A DNA stretch of 64,000 bases, taken from assembly GCA_902561155.1 (NCBI GenBank), contig CACEOY010000005.1:12485-76484 (forward strand), in the 5' to 3' direction. How positions within the stretch are numbered: position 1 is the stretch's first letter; every line of letters begins with the position of its first letter. The translations under genes and the position numbers were made by a program. The stretch comes from an uncultured Pelagibacteraceae bacterium (GTDB lineage Bacteria; Pseudomonadota; Alphaproteobacteria; Pelagibacterales; Pelagibacteraceae). The notes under the pieces were generated by a model. It was given only the letters and a program-made list of their open reading frames with translations. It did no database searches and was not told where the DNA came from. This document shows positions 10,701 to 18,800 of this stretch, in pieces.

Positions 10701-10763
10701 TACCTCTATTACTTCAACATCTTTAAAATCACCGATATCTGGAACTGCAATATTTTGTGCCAT
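7734..10763 (-). CDS. aceE: Pyruvate dehydrogenase E1, homodimeric type, with N-terminal lipoyl domain
   Basis: DIDPLETNEW, LSSYPHPWLMP, GDGEMDEPES TPP motif, GRTTLAGEGLQHQDGHS; residues 1-78 are a lipoyl domain (ESDKSS). Confidence 0.95.
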   Translation of the reverse strand: MAQNIAVPDIGDFKDVEVIEVLVKPGDQINKNDPLVTIESDKSSVEIPSPSAGQIKDLKVKVGDKVSEGSLLVTLESKENQKIQNKEIEKEEKIQKEVKKEKPKTNGNIVTSQPLKQIKKVFAEPASKDDIDPLETNEWIESLNSVIENDGSSRASYLLNKVIDQAYKAGLVLPDTRTTPYINTIPPETEVKSPGDQNIEKKIRAYIRWNAAAMVVKANKKSSELGGHIGTFASAATLYDVGMNHFWRAKNNKFGGDLVYFQGHSAPGMYARAFLEGRLSTKQLDGFRQEVGKDGLSSYPHPWLMPNFWQFPTVSMGLGPIMGIYQARFLKYLINRGLIKDEGRKIWVFLGDGEMDEPESLGAIGLAAREKLDNLIFVINCNLQRLDGPVRGNGKIIQELEGSFRGSGWNVIKVIWGSYWDKLLAKDKSGLLIKRMNECVDGEYQAFKAKGGAYVKEHFFGKYPELKELVYTMTDKDIWRLNRGGHDPHKVYAAYHAAMQNKGTPTVIIAKTIKGYGMGKSGESINTTHQQKKMDEEDLLYYRDRFGVPLTDKQVKDIEYYRPDEKSEEIKYLKDCRAKLGGFIPERTSFAKSIKTPPKDIFENFMKSTGEKEMSTTMALVRMLTALLRDKNVSPRLVPIIPDEARTFGMEGFFQKIGIYAHEGQKYEPVDSEQLSSYREDKSGQVLEEGITESGAMSSWIAAGTAYTNHDIEMIPIYIFYSMFGFQRVGDLAWAAGDSQARGFLIGATAGRTTLAGEGLQHQDGHSHLMASNIPNCVSYDPTFAYEMAVILRDGMKRMHEKKENIFYYITAMNENYPHPEKPKNADEGILKGMYLLKETRNKGKTRVQLLGSGTILREVMAAAKILSKEYGIDSDIWSVTSFNELRKDGMETERWNLLNPDEKKKKSYVEKCLDKREGPVFAASDYVRSFSDQLRPYVNKSFYSFGTDGYGRSDTRKNLRKFFEVDKEHIVAYTLSALAKEQLIASKHAEKAIKKYKIDKDKVFPTKL

Positions 10764-10901
10764 ATTTAATATTTTAATCTTTTGGAATTTATTAAAAATT
10801 TATCTAATAATAAATGCAAAAATTGAAGCAATTTTAGCACTTAATCATTTTTTGACACATTTATCTCCTTTTTTGGCCAATAAAAATTAGAAAATAAAGT
10901 T

Positions 10902-11003
10902 ATGAAATGGATTATTAACATACTTTTTAAAAAAAAGAGCCATAATCCTCAAAGTGAGTATTTGGTTCAAAAAATCTTACTTAAAAAATATCTTTTAAGA
11001 TAA
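10902..11003 (+). CDS. Possible 33-aa basic small ORF
   Basis: MKWIINILFKKKSHNPQSEYLVQKILLKKYLLR fills an unusually long spacer; no clear RBS. Confidence 0.3.
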   Translation: MKWIINILFKKKSHNPQSEYLVQKILLKKYLLR

Positions 11004-11014
11004 GCAATTTATTA

Positions 11015-11908
11015 TCAAATCATTTTAGCACAATTTTTGTGAAGCATAGAATGGAGCTCAATGAGTTTATCAAAACTTTTATTATAACCACCACCTAATA
11101 CTCCACATAAAGGAATATTTTTTTTGTGAAAATTTTCAATTACAATTTGATCCCTCATATTTATACCCTCATCTGTAACTTTAAGTTTGCCTAGCCTATC
11201 TTCAAAATGGATATCAACACCAGCAATGTAAAATACAAAATCATAATTATTTTCATTTAATTTTTTTAAATTTTTATTTAGAATATTAATATATTCTTTA
11301 TCTTCCATATTTTCGGCAAGTTCAATGTCAATATCACTTTTAGATTTTTTAGCTGGATAATTTGAAGCGCAATGCATACTAAAAGTCAAAACATCTTTAT
11401 CGTTTTTAAATATCTCAGAATTTCCATTACCTTGGTGAACATCTAAATCTAAAATAAGAATTTTTTTAGAATAACTTTTATTCTTAAGATAGTTTGCAGC
11501 TACAGCAACATCATTGAATACACAATAACCGGCACCAAAATTAAAAGTAGCATGGTGACTACCACCTGCGGTATTACAAGCAAGCTTTGACTCTAGTGCA
11601 AGCTTGCTGGCTAAAACAGTTCCCCCTGTTGCTACAAAAGATCTTCTAACAACACTATCATTTATAGGAAAACCAATTTTCTTTTGAGATTGTAGATCTA
11701 AAGTTTTATTTTTAATATTATTTATATATTCTATAGAATGAGAAGTTTTCATTGTTTCAATTGAACATTCTTTTGGAATATGAAATTTTTTTACAACATT
11801 ATTTTCGATTAGATGATTGGCTAAAGCGCCAAACTTTTTAATAGGGAATTTATTGTCATCGTTAATTTTTGCAACATAATCTGGATGATTGACAACAGGG
11901 AGCTGCAT
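11015..11908 (-). CDS. Histone deacetylase-family protein (HDAC11/class IV-like)
   Basis: GGSHHA, GYCVFNDVAVA, DLDVHQGNG, AGVD, GGGY. Confidence 0.9.
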   Translation of the reverse strand: MQLPVVNHPDYVAKINDDNKFPIKKFGALANHLIENNVVKKFHIPKECSIETMKTSHSIEYINNIKNKTLDLQSQKKIGFPINDSVVRRSFVATGGTVLASKLALESKLACNTAGGSHHATFNFGAGYCVFNDVAVAANYLKNKSYSKKILILDLDVHQGNGNSEIFKNDKDVLTFSMHCASNYPAKKSKSDIDIELAENMEDKEYINILNKNLKKLNENNYDFVFYIAGVDIHFEDRLGKLKVTDEGINMRDQIVIENFHKKNIPLCGVLGGGYNKSFDKLIELHSMLHKNCAKMI

Positions 11909-11914
11909 TAAATT

Positions 11915-12049
11915 CTAATTGTAAGCTAAATATATTGAAATTATAACTGCCCAAAAAAAAGCGTAATACAAAATGTACCCTTTAGGTGTAAAAGGCATCT
12001 TTCTTAATTTACGTTTCCCTTTCCCTTTATATGGTTTAGAAATTTCCAT
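11915..12049 (-). CDS. 44-aa single-pass membrane protein (not in ORF track)
   Basis: MEISKPYKGKGKRKLRKMPFTPKGYILYYAFFWAVIISIYLAYN; ATG overlaps the thiolase TAA (TAATG); fills the gap to the HDAC gene. Confidence 0.65.
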   Translation of the reverse strand: MEISKPYKGKGKRKLRKMPFTPKGYILYYAFFWAVIISIYLAYN

Positions 12050-13224
12050 TATCGTTCTATACACATAGCAATACCCATTCCTCCGCCAATACACAATGTG
12101 GCCAAACCTCTCTTTGAGTCTCGCTTAATCATTTCATGTATAAGAGTTACTAGAATTCTAGTACCAGATGCTCCTATTGGATGTCCTAGGGCAATTGCAC
12201 CTCCGTTCACGTTTACTTTTTCCTCTTGGATTCCTAAAGTTTTCAAAACCGCAATACTTTGAGCCGCAAACGCTTCATTAACTTCTAAAAGATCTAGATC
12301 ATCAATTTTCCAACCAGCTAGTTCTAAAGCCTTTTTAGATGCAGGAATAGGTCCAGTACCCATAAGTGATGGATCTACACCACAACTAGCCCAAGACTTT
12401 ATAGTCACTAACTTATCCAAACCTCTCTTTTTTGCTTCTTCATCTGACATTAATGTAACAGCTGCAGCACCATCGTTTATACCAGAAGCATTACCTGCGG
12501 TCACAGTTCCTTCTTTTTGAAAAAAAGGTTTTAATCTAGTGAGGCCATCCAAATTAATTCCTTCTCTTGGATGCTCATCTTTACTAAAATCTATTTCTAC
12601 TTTTTTTGATTTAATCTTCACTTTTGTAATTTCTTCTTTAAATTTATTTTCTTTTATTGCCTTTAAAGCTTTTTCTTGTGAATTAAGAGCGAATTTATCT
12701 TGTTCTTGTCTTGTTACTTGAAATTTGGTTGCTACATTTTCTGCAGTTACTCCCATATGATAGCCATGAAATGCATCCCAAAGTCCATCTTTAACCATCG
12801 TATCAATGAGTTCTGCATCTCCTAGTTTTTTACCATCTCGTAAATGTATAGCATGAGGAGCAAGTGACATGCTTTCTTGTCCTCCAGCTATAACTATTTT
12901 TGAGTCACCTGATTTAATACTCTGGAAACCAGAAGCAACTGATCTTATTCCTGATCCACAAACTTGATTGACTACATATGCTGGTTTTTCTTTTGGAATA
13001 CCAGATTTCATTGCTGCTTGACGCGCAGGATTTTGGCCTGTCCCACCAGTCAAGACTTGACCCATTATTACCTCATCCACATCACCAGGCGTCATTTTCG
13101 ATCTTTGAATAGTCTCTTTAATAACTGTTGATCCCAAATCAACCCCGGATATATTTTTAAGAGACTTGCCTAATGATCCTATAGCAGTTCTTGTAGCGGA
13201 AGTTATAACAACAGATTTACTCAT
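12049..13224 (-). CDS. phaA: Acetyl-CoA C-acetyltransferase (thiolase)
   Basis: NQVCGSG, NEAFAAQ, GAIALGHPIGASG, LCIGGGMG. Confidence 0.93.
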   Translation of the reverse strand: MSKSVVITSATRTAIGSLGKSLKNISGVDLGSTVIKETIQRSKMTPGDVDEVIMGQVLTGGTGQNPARQAAMKSGIPKEKPAYVVNQVCGSGIRSVASGFQSIKSGDSKIVIAGGQESMSLAPHAIHLRDGKKLGDAELIDTMVKDGLWDAFHGYHMGVTAENVATKFQVTRQEQDKFALNSQEKALKAIKENKFKEEITKVKIKSKKVEIDFSKDEHPREGINLDGLTRLKPFFQKEGTVTAGNASGINDGAAAVTLMSDEEAKKRGLDKLVTIKSWASCGVDPSLMGTGPIPASKKALELAGWKIDDLDLLEVNEAFAAQSIAVLKTLGIQEEKVNVNGGAIALGHPIGASGTRILVTLIHEMIKRDSKRGLATLCIGGGMGIAMCIER

Positions 13225-13286
13225 ATTTCCTTTATAAATTAAAAGTCTTTAATTTCAACAATATATTTGATAATTGATATATTATT

Positions 13287-13363
13287 GCGCCTGTAGCTCA
13301 ACTGGATAGAGCGCTTGGCTACGGACCAGGAGGTTCTGGGTTCAAATCCTAGCAGGCGCACCA
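13287..13363 (+). tRNA. tRNA-Arg(ACG)
   Basis: GCGCCTG...CAGGCGC acceptor stem, anticodon loop CT-ACG-GA, GGTTCAAATCC T-arm, encoded CCA. Confidence 0.96.
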
Positions 13364-13372
13364 AAGGATTTT

Positions 13373-13450
13373 ATGAGTTTAAATAAAGCTGTAATAGTAT
13401 TTTTTGTATTAGTTTTCGTAGTGATTTTATCACTTACATTTATTTTATAA
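13373..13450 (+). CDS. 25-aa hydrophobic peptide directly after tRNA-Arg
   Basis: MSLNKAVIVFFVLVFVVILSLTFIL; AAGGA RBS immediately after the tRNA CCA; stop abuts the uppP stop. Confidence 0.5.
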   Translation: MSLNKAVIVFFVLVFVVILSLTFIL

Positions 13451-14212
13451 TTAACCTTGATAAGCAAATATAAGAATTAAAACACCAAGAACTATTCTGT
13501 ACAAAACAAAAACATCGAGACTCGCTTTTTTAATATAACCTAAAAAAGCTACCATTGTCATATAAGAAAAAATAAATGATAATATTATGCTACTAAAATT
13601 AAGTTTAATTAAATCGAAATTATCAGTTACGTAAATATTATAAATTCCGAAAACTGATACTGCTAACAATGTTGGAATTGATAATAGAAACGAAATTTTA
13701 GCCGCATTGACTCTATCAAATTTAAGAAATCTCGCTGCAGTAATGGCTATTCCAGATCGACTTACTCCTGGTATTAAAGAAAAAATATGCAAAAAGCCTA
13801 TTATTAAAGCTGCTTTAATATCCAAATTAATTTCAAGATTTTTTTCATTTTCCATTTTATCTGAGAAATAAAGCAAAATACCAAACAACACAGTTGTCCA
13901 ACCTATTATTTTAAGTGATCTTAAATCATTAATAACACCTGTCTGCGCAATAAGATATCCGCATAGAATTATTGGTAATGAAGCTAAAATTATTAACATA
14001 AATACTTTCCTATAAATTAAAAAGCTTATAATTTCTTTTCGAAAAAAAACAATTACAGCTAAGAATGAGCCAATATGTAAACTCACATTTAGTATTAAGT
14101 CTTCACTTATAAAACTCATAAATTTCGAGAAAAGAATGATATGAGATGAGGAGCTAATCGGTAGAAATTCAGTTATACCTTGGACTAAAGAAAGAATTAG
14201 AATCTCTAACAT
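13451..14212 (-). CDS. uppP: Undecaprenyl-diphosphatase
   Basis: QGITEFLPISSSSH and PGVSRSG motifs. Confidence 0.93.
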   Translation of the reverse strand: MLEILILSLVQGITEFLPISSSSHIILFSKFMSFISEDLILNVSLHIGSFLAVIVFFRKEIISFLIYRKVFMLIILASLPIILCGYLIAQTGVINDLRSLKIIGWTTVLFGILLYFSDKMENEKNLEINLDIKAALIIGFLHIFSLIPGVSRSGIAITAARFLKFDRVNAAKISFLLSIPTLLAVSVFGIYNIYVTDNFDLIKLNFSSIILSFIFSYMTMVAFLGYIKKASLDVFVLYRIVLGVLILIFAYQG

Positions 14213-14312
14213 TCTTATATTTAATAAACTTTAGATTGAATTCCAAAGATATAATTAAATGGCATATCAGCTATGCATAAAAAAAGCCGCATAAACCCTG
14301 TTTATCAACATA

Positions 14313-14337
14313 TTTAGGTAAATATTATTTACTTAAA
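14313..14337. promoter_or_regulatory. Palindromic putative operator upstream of gltD
   Basis: TTTAGGTAAAT-att-ATTTACTTAAA, 10 of 11 positions complementary. Confidence 0.4.
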
Positions 14338-14380
14338 AAGTATTCCAATTTTCTTCTTTTTAGCCTAGAACACCAAAACT

Positions 14381-15826
14381 ATGAGTAAAAAAATGTTAAA
14401 ATTTGTTGACGTAAGTCAGGAGACCCCTGCCAAAAGAAAAACTGATAGCAGGACGAAAGATTTTAATGAAATTTACGATCAATATATAACTGCAAAAGCT
14501 AAGGAGCAATCTAGTAGGTGTTCTCAATGTGGAGTCCCGTTTTGTCAAATACATTGTCCTTTGCAAAACAATATTCCCGATTGGCTTAAACTAACTGCCG
14601 AAGGACGGTTAAAAGAGGCATACGAAATATCTCAAAGTACAAATAATATGCCCGAAGTTTGTGGAAGAATTTGCCCTCAAGACAGATTATGTGAAGGTAA
14701 TTGTGTTATAGAACAATCAGGTCATGGCACAGTTACAATAGGTTCAGTTGAAAAATATATTACAGATACCGCGTGGGAAAAAGGATGGGTTAAACCGATC
14801 AAGATTGTAAAAGAATTAAAAGAAAGCATTGGTATAATAGGTGCAGGCCCAGCAGGCCTTGCATGTGCAGAAGAAATGAGAAAATACGGGTATCAAGTAA
14901 CTGTATATGACCGTTATGATAGGCCAGGAGGATTATTAATATATGGGATACCTAATTTTAAACTAGAAAAGTTCGTTGTCGAAAGAAGAACAAAACTTTT
15001 AAAAGAGAGTGGAATAAAATTTGTACAAAATTTTGAGGTTGGAAAAAATAAAACTTTAGAAGAACTTAAGTCACAGCATGATGCGATTCTGATTGCAACT
15101 GGTGTCTATAAAGCTAGAGAGATTGTTATTCCTGGATCAGATCTAGAAAATATCTTTCCCGCAATGGATTTTTTAACTGCTTCAAATAAAAAAGGCTTAG
15201 GAGACAAAGTAAAACTGTTTGATGATGGGACTTTAAACGCAGAAGGTAAAGACGTTGTTGTAATTGGCGGAGGGGATACTGCAATGGATTGTGTAAGAAC
15301 TGCAGTAAGACAAAAAGCAAAATCTGTTAAATGTTTGTATAGAAGAGACAAAGCAAACATGCCTGGTTCGGCAAGAGAAGTTGGAAACGCAGAAGAAGAA
15401 GGTGTAAATTTTGTATGGTTAACAAGTCCAAAATCATTTATAGGAGATAAAAAAGTAAATCAAGTAGAAGTTAGCAAAATGAAGCTAGGTGAACCAGATG
15501 CATCTGGAAGACGACGACCTATACCTGTTGTTGATGGAGAATTTAAAATAAAAGCTGACTTAGTAATAAAGTCACTCGGATTTGATCCTGAAAATATTCC
15601 TAAATTATTTAATAGCGAAGATCTTGCAGTTTCAAAGTGGGGAACAATAAAAATTGACCTTAAAACTATGCAAACAAATATTGAAGGAGTTTTCGCTGCT
15701 GGAGATATTGTAAGAGGCGCATCACTTGTAGTATGGGCGATAAGAGATGGAAGAGATGCTGCCGAACAAATGGATAAATATATTTCTTCTAGAAGAAAAA
15801 ATACTAAAAAAGAATTCGCTGCATAA
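14381..15826 (+). CDS. gltD: Glutamate synthase small subunit
   Basis: RCSQCGVPFCQIHCP, GRICPQDRLCEGNC, GAGPAGL, GGGDTAMDC, RGASLVVWAI. Confidence 0.96.
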   Translation: MSKKMLKFVDVSQETPAKRKTDSRTKDFNEIYDQYITAKAKEQSSRCSQCGVPFCQIHCPLQNNIPDWLKLTAEGRLKEAYEISQSTNNMPEVCGRICPQDRLCEGNCVIEQSGHGTVTIGSVEKYITDTAWEKGWVKPIKIVKELKESIGIIGAGPAGLACAEEMRKYGYQVTVYDRYDRPGGLLIYGIPNFKLEKFVVERRTKLLKESGIKFVQNFEVGKNKTLEELKSQHDAILIATGVYKAREIVIPGSDLENIFPAMDFLTASNKKGLGDKVKLFDDGTLNAEGKDVVVIGGGDTAMDCVRTAVRQKAKSVKCLYRRDKANMPGSAREVGNAEEEGVNFVWLTSPKSFIGDKKVNQVEVSKMKLGEPDASGRRRPIPVVDGEFKIKADLVIKSLGFDPENIPKLFNSEDLAVSKWGTIKIDLKTMQTNIEGVFAAGDIVRGASLVVWAIRDGRDAAEQMDKYISSRRKNTKKEFAA

Positions 15827-18800
15827 TGGAAAACTATTTAAAAAATAAAAAACATCTTACAGAGAACAACGCTTACGATCCTTCTTTAGAACACGAAGCA
15901 TGTGGTGTAGGATTAATAGCAACTACGGACGGTAAAAAAAGTCGAAAAGTAGTCGATTATGGAATAGAAGCATTAAAAGCTGTTTGGCACAGAGGCGCTG
16001 TTGATGCTGACGGTAAATCTGGAGATGGAGCTGGTATTAAATTAGAAATTTCTCCCGAGTTTTTCGATAAAAAGATATTAGAAACCGGACATAAACATGA
16101 ACAAGATAAAAGAATTTGTGTAGGTATGGTTTTTATGCCTCGAAATGATTATGCTGATCAAGAAAAATGTAGATCAATAATTGAGACAGTTTTGTTAAGT
16201 AAAAATTACTATATTTATGGTTGGAGACAAGTTCCTGTTAATCCAAAAGTCTTAGGTCCCACTGCTGACTCTAATCGACCTGAAATCGCACAAGTTCTTT
16301 TTAGAAAAAACGAAGTAATAAATACAAATGATCTAGAGAGAGATTTGTATGAAGCTAGAAAAAAAATAGAAAAACATGCTCGAGAAAACCAATTATATAG
16401 TTTTTATGTATGTTCTTTGAGCTCAAGATCTATAGTTTATAAAGGCATGTTTTTAGCGGAGTCACTTGCCGATTTTTATCTAGATTTAAATGATAAAACT
16501 TTTAAATCTAGATTCGCAATATTTCATCAAAGATATTCCACTAATACTTTTCCAAGCTGGGATTTGGCGCAACCCTTTAGAACCTTAGCGCACAATGGAG
16601 AAATAAATACTTTAAAAGGCAATGTAAACTGGATGAGAATTCATGAACAAGACATGACTAGTAAACTTTTTAAAAATATAGAAGATTTAAAACCAATTAT
16701 TATTCCAGGTAATTCAGACTCGGCATCTTTAGATAATGTATTTGAATTATTAACTCATTCTGGAAAGCTCGCTCCATTAATTAAATTAATGATGATCCCA
16801 GATGCCTGGTCTAAAAGGAGCAAAACTGTTCCTAAAAATCACCAACAACTGTTTAACTTTTTAAATAGTACAATCGAACCATGGGATGGTCCTGCTGCAA
16901 TTTGTGCTACTGATGCTAAATGGATTTTAGCAGCTGTCGATAGAAATGGTTTAAGACCTCTCAGGTATTCAATAACCTCAGATGGCTTAATATTCGCAGG
17001 TTCAGAAACAGGAATGATTAAAATTCCGGAAGAGAACATAATTAAAAAAGGTAGACTTGGTCCAGGAGAATTAATAGCTGTAGATTTAAAAGAGGGTAAG
17101 CTTTATCAAGATAAAGAAATAAAAGATTATATATCGAAAGAGTACAAGCAGTTTAATAGTCAAATAGTTGACCTTGATACAAAATTAAAAGTCACTGAGG
17201 AGGAAATAAATTTTTCAGGTAATAATTTAAGAAGAAGACAGTATTTATCTGGTTATAGCGTGGAAGATTTAGAGTTAATCCTTCATCCTATGGTCGAAGA
17301 AGGTAAAGAGGCCACAGGTTCAATGGGAGATGACACACCGGTAGCAGTTTTATCGAGTCACTTTAGACCCATATCACATTACTTTAGACAAAATTTTAGC
17401 CAAGTAACTAACCCACCAATTGACTCCTTAAGAGAAAACAAAGTGATGAGTCTAAAAACAAGATTTGGCAATTTGGGTAATATACTTGATTTTAATAATT
17501 TAACTCAAGAAGACATCTTTGTTCTTGACAGCCCGATACTTACAAATTCTCAATTAAAAAAGTTTAAAAAACTCTTTTCAAAAAAAATTAAATTAATTGA
17601 TTGTACATTTAACGTCAATGAAACCTTAAAAGATAGTTTAAAAAAAATTCAAGAAGAATCTGAAATAGCAGTAAGAGAAGGTAGCACTACGTTAGTATTA
17701 AGTGATAAAAATATTTCTGAAAAGAGGGCAAATATTCCAATGGCTTTGGCAGTAGGAGCGATTAATTCAAAATTAGTAAAATTAGGATTAAGAGGATATT
17801 GCTCTTTAAATGTCGAAACATCAGAAACTTTAGATACTCATTCGTTTGCAGTTTTAATTGGAGTTGGAGCCACAACAGTAAACCCTTACTTAACAATAGA
17901 TAGTATATACCAGAGGTTTGAGAAAAATTTATTTGGTAAATATAAATTTAATGAGTGTGTAGAGAGATTCAAAAGTTCAATTGAAAACGGATTGTTAAAA
18001 ATTATGTCTAAGATGGGAATTTCAGTTATTAGTTCTTATAGAGGAGGGTGTAACTTTGAAACTGTTGGACTTAGTAGGGCATTAGTTTCAGATTATTTTC
18101 CAGGAATGATATCAAGAATTTCTGGTATTGGTTTGATAGGAATAGAAAAAAAAATTAAGGAAATTCACGAGCAAGCTTATAAAAAAGATGTTCAGATATT
18201 ACCGATAGGGGGAATATATAAGTATAGAAAAACTGGGGAAAACCATCAGTTTCAAGGAAAATTAATTCATACATTACAACATGCAGTAACAGTCGGCTCT
18301 TACGAAACATTTAAAAAATATACAGATGGTATAAATAATATGTCTCCTGTTAATTTAAGAGATCTTTTAGATTTTAAAAAATCAAATGATCCAATTGATA
18401 TTAAAGAAGTTGAGCCTGTAGAAAATCTTACTAAAAGGTTCGGTAGCGGGAGCATGTCCCATGGCGCTTTGTCTGCTGAAGCCCATGAAACATTAGCTAT
18501 TGGCATGAATAGAGTTAAAGGCGCCTCTTGCAGTGGTGAAGGTGGTGAAGACTCTGCCAGATTTAAAATTCAAGAAAATGGAGATAGCGCAAATTCTAGA
18601 GTTAAACAAGTTGCTTCAGCAAGATTTGGAGTGACTATTGATTACTTAAATAATTGTAATGAAATTGAAATTAAAATTGCTCAAGGTGCTAAACCAGGTG
18701 AAGGTGGACAATTACCAGGATTTAAAGTTACAAAAGAAATAGCTAGATTAAGACACTCAACACCAGGCGTTACTCTTATCTCACCGCCACCGCATCATGA

